DNA of 64,000 nt from Gammaproteobacteria bacterium (GCA_029263725.1 JAJUFS010000002.1:785-64784); one strand, 5' to 3'; shown: positions 38,857 to 46,926, counted from the first letter of the stretch. The notes: generated from the sequence alone by a model not told the origin. Program-made: numbers and translations.

Positions 38857-40695
38857 CTATTCATTGATCGCCGCCGCCAGTTGCGCTTCCGCGCGCTGCA
38901 TCTGCTGCAGCGTCCACATGCCGGCGTAATGGCCGTCCAGCGCCAGCAGCTCGTCGTGCGTGCCGCGTTCGACCACGCGGCCCTTGTCGAGCACGACGAT
39001 CTCGTGCGCGTGCATGATGGTGGACAGGCGATGCGCGATCACCAGCGTGGTGCGGCCTACCTGGATGCGATCCAGCTCCGCCTGGATGGCCTTCTCCGAG
39101 CGCGAATCCAGCGCCGAGGTCGCCTCGTCGAAGATCAGGATGGCGGGATTCTTGAGCAGCGCGCGCGCAATCGCCACGCGCTGCTTCTCGCCGCCGGAAA
39201 GCTTGAGACCGCGCTCGCCGACCTGCGTCTCGTAGCCATCCGGCAGGCGCGTGATGAAATCGTGGATATGCGCGGCGCGCGCCGCGGCTTCCACTTCCTC
39301 GCGCGTGGCTTCCGGGCGGCCGTACTGGATGTTGTAGAAGATGGTGTCGTTGAACAGCACGGTGTCCTGCGGAACGATGGCGATCGCCCGCCGCAGTGAT
39401 GACTGCGTGACCTCGCGGATGTCCATGCCGTCGATGGTGATGCGCCCGGAATCGACGTCGTAGAAACGGTACAGGAGCCGCGCCAGCGTCGACTTGCCGG
39501 AACCCGAATGCCCCACCACCGCCACCGTGCCGCCGGGCGGAATCTCGATGTCCACCTCATGCAGGATCTGGCGGCGCGGATCGTAGCCGAAGCCGACGTT
39601 CTCGAAGCGTACTCGCGGGCGCGTCACCATGAGCTCCCGCGCCCCGGGCGCGTCCTGCACGTCGAGGTTCTCGTCCAGCAAACCGAACAGCCGCTCCATG
39701 TTGGTGAGCGCCTGCTTCACCTCGCGGTAGACCATGCCGAGCAGGAACAGCGGCGCCGACAGCTGCAGAAGATAGGCGTTCACCAGCACGAGATCGCCGA
39801 CGGTGAGATTGCCGGCGACCACGCCCGCGGCCGCGCGCCACATCATCGCGGTGACACCGGCGGAGACCACCACGGTCTGGCCGACGTCGAGCACGGTGAG
39901 CGTCTTCTGCGCCTTGACGCGCGCATCCTCCAGGTAGCGCAGGCTGTGGTCGTAACGCCGCGCCTCGTGCTCCTCGTTGTTGAAGTACTTCACGGTCTCG
40001 TAGTTGAGCAGCGAATCCACGGCACGCTCGTTGGCGCGCGTGTCCGCCTCCACCGAAGCACGGTAGTAACGCGTGCGCCACTCGGTGACCGCGAAGGTCC
40101 AGGCCGCGTAGGCCATGAGCGTCACCAGCGTGATCAGCGCGAAGACCCAGTCGTAGGCCCACACCAGCACGATGGTGACCAGCAGCACTTCCAGCGCGAT
40201 GGGCAGGATGCTGTAGATGGTCCAGTCGAGGAGATCGGTGATGGCGCTGCCGCCGCGTTCGACATCGCGCGCCACGCCGCCGGTGCGGCGCGCGAGATGG
40301 AACTTCAGGCTGAGCGCGTGCAGGTGGCGAAAGACCTGCAGCGTGACCTGGCGCGAGACGCGCGCCATGACGCGCGCGAACACCACCTGCCGCAGCCCGG
40401 TGAACAGCGTCACGCTCACCCGCGCGGCGCCATAGGCAAGCAGCAGCGCCACCGGCAGCACCAGCAGGTTCGGTTCGACGTTGAGACCATCCACGATGTA
40501 CTTGAGGATGACCGGCACGGTGAGGTTGGCGAGCTTGGACAGCAGGATCAGCGCGAGCGCCAGCAGAATGCGGCCGAGGTAGGGCCGCAGGTAGGGCAGC
40601 AGCGAGCGCATCACGGATATCTCGCTCTGCAGGCGCTCGTCGCGCTTCACGTACAGCGATTCGCCCTGTTGGTTGCCGTTCTGGTCGTTGTTCAT
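38857..40695 (-). CDS. ABC transporter permease/ATP-binding fusion, ABCB Atm1/HMT-like half transporter
   Basis: A six-TM N-terminal domain is followed by an NBD ([40 protein letters not shown]). It resembles Atm1-type exporters overall. Confidence 0.88.
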   Translation of the reverse strand: MNNDQNGNQQGESLYVKRDERLQSEISVMRSLLPYLRPYLGRILLALALILLSKLANLTVPVILKYIVDGLNVEPNLLVLPVALLLAYGAARVSVTLFTGLRQVVFARVMARVSRQVTLQVFRHLHALSLKFHLARRTGGVARDVERGGSAITDLLDWTIYSILPIALEVLLVTIVLVWAYDWVFALITLVTLMAYAAWTFAVTEWRTRYYRASVEADTRANERAVDSLLNYETVKYFNNEEHEARRYDHSLRYLEDARVKAQKTLTVLDVGQTVVVSAGVTAMMWRAAAGVVAGNLTVGDLVLVNAYLLQLSAPLFLLGMVYREVKQALTNMERLFGLLDENLDVQDAPGARELMVTRPRVRFENVGFGYDPRRQILHEVDIEIPPGGTVAVVGHSGSGKSTLARLLYRFYDVDSGRITIDGMDIREVTQSSLRRAIAIVPQDTVLFNDTIFYNIQYGRPEATREEVEAAARAAHIHDFITRLPDGYETQVGERGLKLSGGEKQRVAIARALLKNPAILIFDEATSALDSRSEKAIQAELDRIQVGRTTLVIAHRLSTIMHAHEIVVLDKGRVVERGTHDELLALDGHYAGMWTLQQMQRAEAQLAAAINE

Positions 40696-40729
40696 CGGTG
40701 TTTCCCGTCAAGAGGCCGCGAATGCTGAC

Positions 40730-40749
40730 ACTTCAAGTGCACTTGAAGT
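40730..40749. promoter_or_regulatory. SoxR box (perfect 20-bp palindrome) inside a MerR-type long-spacer promoter facing the ABC exporter gene
   Basis: ACTTCAAGTGCACTTGAAGT is a perfect palindrome, close to the SoxR-box core CTCAAGT..ACTTGAG. On the minus strand, TTGACT (40752-40747) is followed by a 19-nt spacer and then CAGCAT. Confidence 0.75.
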
Positions 40750-40778
40750 CAAGGGGCATGCATGATTGACTGCACGCC

Positions 40779-41225
40779 ATGCACGAGGAACTTGCCATCG
40801 GTGAACTCGCCCGCCGCAGCGGCGTGGCCGCCTCCGCGCTGCGCTTCTACGAGGAGCGCGGCCTGATCCATTCGCTGCGCACGGCCTCCGGCCATCGCCG
40901 CTACCCGCGCGCCATGCTCCGCCGTGTCGCCTTCATCGTGTTCGCGCAGCGCGTCGGGCTCACCCTGGAGGAAATCGGCGCGGAGCTTGCGCGCCTGCCG
41001 CGCGATCGCGTGCCGCAGAAGGCCGACTGGCAGCGGCTGTCGGCGAGCTGGCGCCAGCGCATCGATGAACGCATCGCCGAGCTCGAGCAGCTGCGCGACT
41101 CGCTGGGCGAATGCATAGGCTGCGGCTGCCTGTCGATGAAGCAGTGCCGGCTGGTCAATCCCGGCGATCGTCTCGGCGAGCGGGCTTCAGGGCCGGTGCG
41201 CTGGCTGCAAGGGCGTCGCTCATGA
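40779..41225 (+). CDS. soxR: redox-sensitive MerR-family activator SoxR
   Basis: It has the MerR HTH (IGELARRSGVAASALRFYEERGLI) and the diagnostic 2Fe-2S cluster motif CIGCGCLSMKQC. Confidence 0.95.
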   Translation: MHEELAIGELARRSGVAASALRFYEERGLIHSLRTASGHRRYPRAMLRRVAFIVFAQRVGLTLEEIGAELARLPRDRVPQKADWQRLSASWRQRIDERIAELEQLRDSLGECIGCGCLSMKQCRLVNPGDRLGERASGPVRWLQGRRS

Positions 41226-41891
41226 ACCGTCGGGCTCCAGGCATTCCGGCCCCTGGTGACGGATGCTGTTGACGTAGCTGGACACGGCGCGCAGTGACAG
41301 TTCGCCCGGCCAGGGCCGCAGCAAGGCCTGCAGCGCCTGCCGGTCGGCATCGGGATCCAGCCACGTGCGGCAACCATCGGCATCGAGAATCACCGGCATG
41401 CGGTGATGTATCGGCCGCAGCTGTTCGGATGGCTCGGCGGTGAGCGTGAGAAAGTTCTCTTCCGGCCCGCCCTCCCTGTCATTGCCCACCGTCCACAATC
41501 CGGCAAGGGCAAACGCCGCGAAGCCGGGCATGTGTATCGCCCAGGCCTGCTTGCCGCCGTCCACCGGCTGCCATTCGTACCAGCCGCTCACCGGCACGAG
41601 ACAACGCTGCGCCTTCGCGGCGTGCTGGAACATGCGCTTCTCGAACACCGTCTCGCTGCGCGCGTTGATCTGCGCCTGGCGCGGATCCTTCATCCAGCGC
41701 GGCGCGAATCCCCAGCGCATGCCGCTTTCAATGAACTCGCCTTCTATCAGCCGCAGCACCGGCGCGGTCTGCTGCGGCGAGATGTTGTAGCGAGGCCGCG
41801 CATAGGCCGCGGCGATGGGCGCATCATCGAAGTCAGCGGGATACAGGTTGGCGCCTTCCTCAGGCGCGACGATGAAATAGCGTCCGGGCAT
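41220..41891 (-). CDS. SOS-response-associated peptidase (SRAP/YedK/HMCES) family protein with Pro in place of the catalytic Cys2
   Basis: The N-terminus is MPGRYF..., where the family has MCGRF/Y. Other family blocks are intact: YNISPQQ, RWGFAPRW, INARSETV, CLVPVSGWYEW, LAGLW, PIHHRMPVIL. The start is at ATG 41891, placed by homology. Confidence 0.85.
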   Translation of the reverse strand: MPGRYFIVAPEEGANLYPADFDDAPIAAAYARPRYNISPQQTAPVLRLIEGEFIESGMRWGFAPRWMKDPRQAQINARSETVFEKRMFQHAAKAQRCLVPVSGWYEWQPVDGGKQAWAIHMPGFAAFALAGLWTVGNDREGGPEENFLTLTAEPSEQLRPIHHRMPVILDADGCRTWLDPDADRQALQALLRPWPGELSLRAVSSYVNSIRHQGPECLEPDGS

Positions 41892-42035
41892 TGCATGCTC
41901 TCGCAGTCGAATGGCGGGATGGTAACGCGGCCCGCACCGCCATTGCATTGCAGGCAATGAATGAAATGATCCTCCGCAAATGAAGACGGCGGACGCCGCT
42001 TTCGCGACGCCCGCCGTCTGTCGCTCGCGCGAGCC

Positions 42036-42134
42036 TCAGCGGCTCTGCTGTCCCTGACGCGGCGAGGCCTGCTTGCCTCCCTGCTGTTGCTGCTGCTTGC
42101 CACCCTTCTGCTGCTGCTGCTTGTTGCCAGGCAT
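42036..42134 (-). CDS. hypothetical 32-aa Gln/Lys/Gly-rich peptide
   Basis: The peptide is MPGNKQQQQKGGKQQQQQGGKQASPRQGQQSR. A GAGGAA RBS lies 7 nt upstream of ATG 42134. It is low-complexity, so coding status is uncertain. Confidence 0.4.
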   Translation of the reverse strand: MPGNKQQQQKGGKQQQQQGGKQASPRQGQQSR

Positions 42135-42210
42135 GATGTGTTTCCTCTTCAGGTTGACGAATGCGCGGTCTCCCGCGACAAGAGCGTCTCTCACCCTTGC
42201 GCGACTGACG

Positions 42211-42966
42211 CTACGAGTACCGTGCGACCTGGTCTGTTCGGTTTCGCATAGAGGCATTGTCAAAGCGCGCGAAGCGCTCTTCCTCGCGGCGGATGGCGGC
42301 ATAGCACTCGCAGGCCATTTCCGTGAGCCGCGAGCGGTCCAGCACCACGATGCAGCCGCGGCCGTAATCGACGATGCCGAGCCGCTGCAGCTTCTTCGCC
42401 GCCACCGTCACGCCTTCGCGGCGCACGCCGAGATTGCCGGCAATGCGCTCCTGGGTGGCGAGAATGCGGCTGCCCGGAATGCGGTCCAGCACCTGCAACA
42501 GCCAGCGGCACAGCTGCTGCTCCACGGAGTGATGCTGGTTGCAGGCCGCGCCCTGCGCGACCTGCGCCAGCAGCGTCTGCGCGTAGCGCAACAGGCAGTG
42601 GCGCACGCGCTCGTCGCGCTCCATGGCTTCCGCCAGCAGCGCCGACTTGAGGCGAAAGGCCGCGCCGCCGATCTGCACGCTCGCCTGCCAGGGCATGCCA
42701 CCGCCGCCCAGCACGCGCGAGGCCCCCAGCAGGCCCTCGCTGCCGACCATGGCGACTTCGATGGTCGCGCCGTCATCCAGCAGCATGCCCAGCGAAATCA
42801 CCGCGCCGGCGGGAAACCACACGCCGCTGTGTTCCTCGTCGGGCGCATGCAGCAGCTCGCCGGCTTCCAGTTCGACGGCCTCGAGGCAAGGTTCAAGGCG
42901 GGCAAGCTCGGCGGCAGGCAGCATCGCCAGCAGCTGGTTGTGGAACAGCGGGGCATGTGCGGTCAT
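42211..42966 (-). CDS. Crp/Fnr family transcriptional regulator (paralogue of 16814-17515)
   Basis: NQLLAMLP..., VWFPAGAVISL and GSEGLLG mark the N-terminal domain; the C-terminal HTH is TQERIAGNLGVRREGVTVAAKKLQRLGIV. The start was chosen at MTAHAPLF (ATG 42966). Confidence 0.85.
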   Translation of the reverse strand: MTAHAPLFHNQLLAMLPAAELARLEPCLEAVELEAGELLHAPDEEHSGVWFPAGAVISLGMLLDDGATIEVAMVGSEGLLGASRVLGGGGMPWQASVQIGGAAFRLKSALLAEAMERDERVRHCLLRYAQTLLAQVAQGAACNQHHSVEQQLCRWLLQVLDRIPGSRILATQERIAGNLGVRREGVTVAAKKLQRLGIVDYGRGCIVVLDRSRLTEMACECYAAIRREEERFARFDNASMRNRTDQVARYS

Positions 42967-43085
42967 GTCGCGGCTTATGCCCCCTGCTCTTGCCGGGCCG
43001 CAACCGGGCATGCGCCGCAGGTGGATGCCCCTTGGGAAACGATTCACGGCGTAGAATGGGAAGGCATCCACACCACGAGCCGATC

Positions 43086-43721
43086 ATGCCGCGCATCCTG
43101 CTTTTTCTTCTGTTCATCGCCCTGCCCGTGCATGCCGCCGAGACGCTGCACGGCGAGGTGGTGGCGATCGCCGATGGCGACACGCTGACGCTGCTCACTG
43201 CGGACAAGGTCCGGCATCGCATCCGCCTCGACCAGATTGACACTCCCGAGAAAGGCCAGGCCTTCGGCAACCGCACCCGCCAGGCGCTGGCGGCGCGCGT
43301 CTTCCGCCGCGAAGTCACCGTGGTGGTGCATGACACCGACCGCTATGGCCGGCGGGTGGGCGAGGTGCTGGTGAATGGCGAGTCGGTGAACCGCGCGCTG
43401 GTGCTGGACGGCTTTGCCTGGGCGTACCGGCGTTACCTGCGCGACCAGGATTATCTCGATCTCGAACGGCAGGCCCGCGAAGCAAGGCGCGGCCTGTGGT
43501 CGGAAGCGGATCCGGTACCGCCCTGGGAATGGCGGCGCGGCGTGCGGGAGCGCGCCCCGGGAAAGCCGGAAGAAGCGGGATTCGAATGCGCGCCGCTGAA
43601 GCGTTGCGCGGCCATGCAGTCCTGCGAGGAAGCGCTGTTCCAGCTGCGCGAGTGCGGCGCCGGCCTCATCGATGGCGACGGCGACGGGATTCCCTGCGAG
43701 CGGCTCTGCGCGGGCGGATGA
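43086..43721 (+). CDS. secreted thermonuclease (SNase) family nuclease with C-terminal Excalibur Ca-binding domain
   Basis: After the signal peptide MPRILLFLLFIALPVHA comes the SNase core (VVAIADGDTLTL...IRLDQIDTPEKGQAFG...DRYGRRVGEV) and a C-terminal CAAMQSCEEA...DGDGDGIPCERLC (Excalibur). Confidence 0.88.
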   Translation: MPRILLFLLFIALPVHAAETLHGEVVAIADGDTLTLLTADKVRHRIRLDQIDTPEKGQAFGNRTRQALAARVFRREVTVVVHDTDRYGRRVGEVLVNGESVNRALVLDGFAWAYRRYLRDQDYLDLERQAREARRGLWSEADPVPPWEWRRGVRERAPGKPEEAGFECAPLKRCAAMQSCEEALFQLRECGAGLIDGDGDGIPCERLCAGG

Positions 43722-44198
43722 TCAGGCGGTGAGCAGCCGGCGCAGCTGCTTGAGACCCTCGTGCAGGCGGTCGCGGTCCGCGCCCGGCATGGTGGCGAGC
43801 TGTTCGCCCAGCCGGCGGACGTGCTCGGGGAACACCTGGCGGAACACCTGGTCGCCCTTGTCGGTGAGCACCACGCGAATGCAGCGCCGGTCCTCGGAGC
43901 AGGCGCGCCGCTGCACCAGGCCCTTCTGCTCCAGGCGGTCGACCACGCCGGTGAGCGTGGTCTTGGTGATGAGCGTGTTCTCGCCGATTTCCTTGAAGGT
44001 CATGCCCGGCTGGTTGCCAAGCGTGGCGAGCACATCGAACTCGGGGCTGGTCAGGCCGAAACGCTTGATGTCTGCGGCGCTGAACTCCGAGAACGCCTGG
44101 TAGGCGCGCACCAGCTCGCGGATCACGGCGAGCGCAGGATCACGCGCGCATTCCCTGGTTGGGTCCATGTTTCTTCGATTGTCTGAAATGTCCGACAT
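43722..44198 (-). CDS. MarR family transcriptional regulator
   Basis: It has the winged-HTH pattern (FGLTSPEFDVLATLGNQPGMTFKEIGENTLITKTTLTGVVDRLEQKGLV). Confidence 0.9.
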   Translation of the reverse strand: MSDISDNRRNMDPTRECARDPALAVIRELVRAYQAFSEFSAADIKRFGLTSPEFDVLATLGNQPGMTFKEIGENTLITKTTLTGVVDRLEQKGLVQRRACSEDRRCIRVVLTDKGDQVFRQVFPEHVRRLGEQLATMPGADRDRLHEGLKQLRRLLTA

Positions 44199-44231
44199 TG
44201 ATAAGTCCGGATACCTCGCGAGTCAAGCGCG

Positions 44232-45293
44232 CTACAGCGCGAACGCCACGCCGAAATGGAAGCCGATGTCCGGCGTGTTCTGGAAATTGATGACGTTTTC
44301 GGTCAGCGCGAAGGTGTAGTACACGCCGCCGCGCCGGTGCCGCAGCCCCGCGCTCACCTGGTACTGGTGCGCGGAAAGTTCCGGATCGGTGTCACCCTTG
44401 AACAGGCTGCGCGCCGCGGAAAACTGCAGGATGCCCGTGGTGGCGCTGCCCAGGCGGGTTTCCCAGGCCGCGGTGAAACCGGGAATCTGGCGGTGCACGG
44501 CCTTGCCGAAATCATCCGAACCGCCGAAGAACACGTGGTTCACGCTGAAGTACAGGCCGTGGTTGTCCCACTGCCGCTGCAGTGACAGCTGCGTGCCGAA
44601 ATCGACGTGCCCGGAGGAAAACAGCGGATCATCCGCGCCCCAGGGCAGTTTCAGCGCCGCCTCCAGCACCACGTCCCAGCCATGCCAGGTGTAGCCGCGG
44701 CTGCGCAGGCCGATCACCGGGTCGGCAAGCCCGGTGCTGCGCGGGGCATTCGACATCACCAGCTCCTGGCCGCCTACCTTGAAGTACGCCTGGAACTGGT
44801 CGCGCGCCACCAGCGGCCGGCCGAAGTCCGAGAACCCCGCGGCGTCGTGGAAATCCTCGATGGCCTGGTCCAGCGAACCGCCGTGGTAATGATGGACCGG
44901 CAGGATGCCATAGAAGGCGAGCCGGTCGTTGATGCCGTAGTGGAAGGTGAGATTGAGCACGGCGATGGAGCCGTCGAAATAGAAGGCATCGCCCTCCAGC
45001 TGGCCGAGCGCGGCGAAATCCGCCGCCTCCAGCCGCGCGCGCCGGTTGCGGTCCTGGAGATAACTGCCGACGTTGTCGCTCATGATGAAGGTGTTGGTGA
45101 ACGACGCGTTCGCTTCGACCGCCCAGCCGACGGGATAGCGCGAGGCCGCGCTGGCCGGCAGGAAGTCCAGGCGCTGCAGCGCAAACGGCGTCAGGTCCCG
45201 CAGGCGCAAGGGCCCGAGCATGTCTTCCGACGCCGCCACCGGGGCAGCCAGCAGCGCGGCAAGGAGGAGAATGAACGATCTCATGGTTCGCAT
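44232..45293 (-). CDS. predicted outer-membrane beta-barrel protein (DUF3187-like)
   Basis: It has the signal peptide MRTMRSFILLLAALLAAPVAAS, alternating beta-strand patterns and a C-terminal ...GFHFGVAFAL. The family name is from memory and is tentative. An alternative start is at 45284. Confidence 0.65.
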   Translation of the reverse strand: MRTMRSFILLLAALLAAPVAASEDMLGPLRLRDLTPFALQRLDFLPASAASRYPVGWAVEANASFTNTFIMSDNVGSYLQDRNRRARLEAADFAALGQLEGDAFYFDGSIAVLNLTFHYGINDRLAFYGILPVHHYHGGSLDQAIEDFHDAAGFSDFGRPLVARDQFQAYFKVGGQELVMSNAPRSTGLADPVIGLRSRGYTWHGWDVVLEAALKLPWGADDPLFSSGHVDFGTQLSLQRQWDNHGLYFSVNHVFFGGSDDFGKAVHRQIPGFTAAWETRLGSATTGILQFSAARSLFKGDTDPELSAHQYQVSAGLRHRRGGVYYTFALTENVINFQNTPDIGFHFGVAFAL

Positions 45294-45501
45294 CTGAAAA
45301 ATTCGGTTTCGGACTAAAAGTGCCATGTGCCCCGCGGGACGGAGGGGACAGGGAGGGGGAGCAACCCGCGGGGCACCGGCGACAGGAAGAATTATAGTTC
45401 GTCTTCGGACTTTTTCAACATGTATTTTTATTTTTCGGAATGTCTGAGCATCTGGACATCCCCGGGTCTATGCTTGCCGCCCGCTCTTATCGTCAAACGC
45501 C

Positions 45502-46926
45502 ATGCATTCCCGACCGCTCGCCATCGTCGACCTGGAGACCACCGGCACCCATCCGCGCATCGACCGGATCATCGAGATCGGCGTGGTGCTGGTGGACCCG
45601 GACGGCACGACGCGCGAATGGCAGACGCTGATCGACCCTGAAGTTTCCATTCCGCCGTTCATCGAGAACTTCACCGGCATCTCCGATGCCGACGTCGCCG
45701 CCGCGCCGCGCTTCGCCGACATCGCCGACGAGCTGCTGGAACTGCTGGGCGACCGCATCTTCGTCGCCCACAACGCGCGCTTCGACTACGGCTTCCTGCG
45801 GCACGAGTTCCAGCGCGCGGGCCTGCGCTTCCAGCGCCAGCCGCTGTGCACCGTGAAGCTGTCGCGCAGGCTGTATCCGGCCTACAGCCGTCACAACCTG
45901 GATGCGCTGGTGGGCAGGCACGGGCTCGCGGTGGACGACCGCCACCGCGCGCTGGGCGACGCGCGGCTGGTCCATCGCTTCCTGGAGACCGCGCGGCGCG
46001 AACACGGCGCGGAAGCGCTGGAGGCGGCGATCAACGAACTCATCAAGCGCCCTTCCCTGCCGCCGCATCTTCCCGCCGCGGAGGTCGACGCCCTGCCGGA
46101 GGCGCCGGGCGTGTACCGCTTCTACGACGAGAATGGCCTGCTGCTGTACGTCGGCAAGAGTGTCAACATACGCTCGCGGGTGCTGTCGCATTTCTCCGCG
46201 GATCATTCCAGCGCCAGGGAGATGCGCCTCGCCCAGCAGGTGCGGCACATCGAATGCACCACCACCACGGGCGAGCTCGGCGCACTGCTGCTGGAGAACC
46301 GCGAGATCAAGGAACGCGCGCCGGTGCTCAATCGCCGCCAGCGGCGCGCGGAAAGACTGCACACCTTCCGGCTCGCCGACGATCCCACCGCGGAGCCGGT
46401 GCTCGCCATCGTCGACGTGAACGCCGCGGCGCTCGCCGCCGCCAACCATTACGGCCTGTTCCGCACGAAGCGGCAGGCGGAGAACCTGCTGCGGGAACTC
46501 GCGGCCGAGCACGGCTTCTGCGCGCGCAAGCTGGGGCTGGAGTCACGCGGACGGCGCGGCGATCCCTGTTTCGCGCACCAGCTGAAGAAATGCCGCGGCG
46601 CCTGCACGGGCGTGGAACCGGAAGTAAAGCATCACCTGCGACTCATGCAGGCGCTGGGGAAACTCAGGATCGCCACCTGGCCGTGGCCCGGCCGCATCGG
46701 CGTGCGTGAACGCAATGCCGACGGCCACATCGACATGCACATCATCGAAAACTGGTGCTACCTCGGCACCGTGCGCGAGCGCGACCTGCAAGGCGACCTG
46801 TTCGATTCCGTCACGCTTGAAGGCAGCTTCGAACTCGACACCTATCGCATCCTCGTCCGCCACTTGCTGGATCGGAAAAAGCGGCCGGACATCGTGTTGC
46901 TCGATCGGCAACCGGAAACCGCGTAA
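45502..46926 (+). CDS. DEDDh 3'-5' exonuclease (DnaQ-like) fused to GIY-YIG nuclease (Cho/UvrC-N-like)
   Basis: The N-terminal domain has IVDLETTG, VAHNARFDYGFL and HRALGDA. The central domain has the GIY-YIG motif PGVYRFYDENGLLLYVGKSVNIRSRV...E. Confidence 0.88.
   Translation: MHSRPLAIVDLETTGTHPRIDRIIEIGVVLVDPDGTTREWQTLIDPEVSIPPFIENFTGISDADVAAAPRFADIADELLELLGDRIFVAHNARFDYGFLRHEFQRAGLRFQRQPLCTVKLSRRLYPAYSRHNLDALVGRHGLAVDDRHRALGDARLVHRFLETARREHGAEALEAAINELIKRPSLPPHLPAAEVDALPEAPGVYRFYDENGLLLYVGKSVNIRSRVLSHFSADHSSAREMRLAQQVRHIECTTTTGELGALLLENREIKERAPVLNRRQRRAERLHTFRLADDPTAEPVLAIVDVNAAALAAANHYGLFRTKRQAENLLRELAAEHGFCARKLGLESRGRRGDPCFAHQLKKCRGACTGVEPEVKHHLRLMQALGKLRIATWPWPGRIGVRERNADGHIDMHIIENWCYLGTVRERDLQGDLFDSVTLEGSFELDTYRILVRHLLDRKKRPDIVLLDRQPETA

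Noticed and set aside
41892-41957. An upstream in-frame extension of the SRAP gene containing RCGPRY, which might supply the missing catalytic cysteine.
   Set aside because: In SRAP proteins the cysteine must be residue 2, exposed after Met removal. The upstream Cys is preceded by MQWR, not by a start codon, and is followed by an extra Pro. The homologous MCGR block aligns with MPGRYF at ATG 41891. I therefore treat the similarity as coincidental. The alternative start is listed as a refutation route in the finding.
42036-42302. An 88-aa ORF-track call covering the Gln-rich peptide and the region upstream of it.
   Set aside because: The first 56 codons have no RBS, and their Arg/Ser/Ala-rich content overlaps the 3' end of the Crp-family gene region. 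Only the last 32 codons, behind a proper RBS, are plausible, and even that only tentatively.
45380-45501. A possible LexA/SOS box upstream of the Cho-like DnaQ/GIY-YIG gene, and similarly upstream of the SRAP gene at 41892-41960.
   Set aside because: I saw no CTGT-N8-ACAG or TTAGTA-type motif. The palindromes present (ATGTC-N10-GACAT; CATTGC-N7-GCAATG) do not match any LexA consensus I know. No SOS claim is made.
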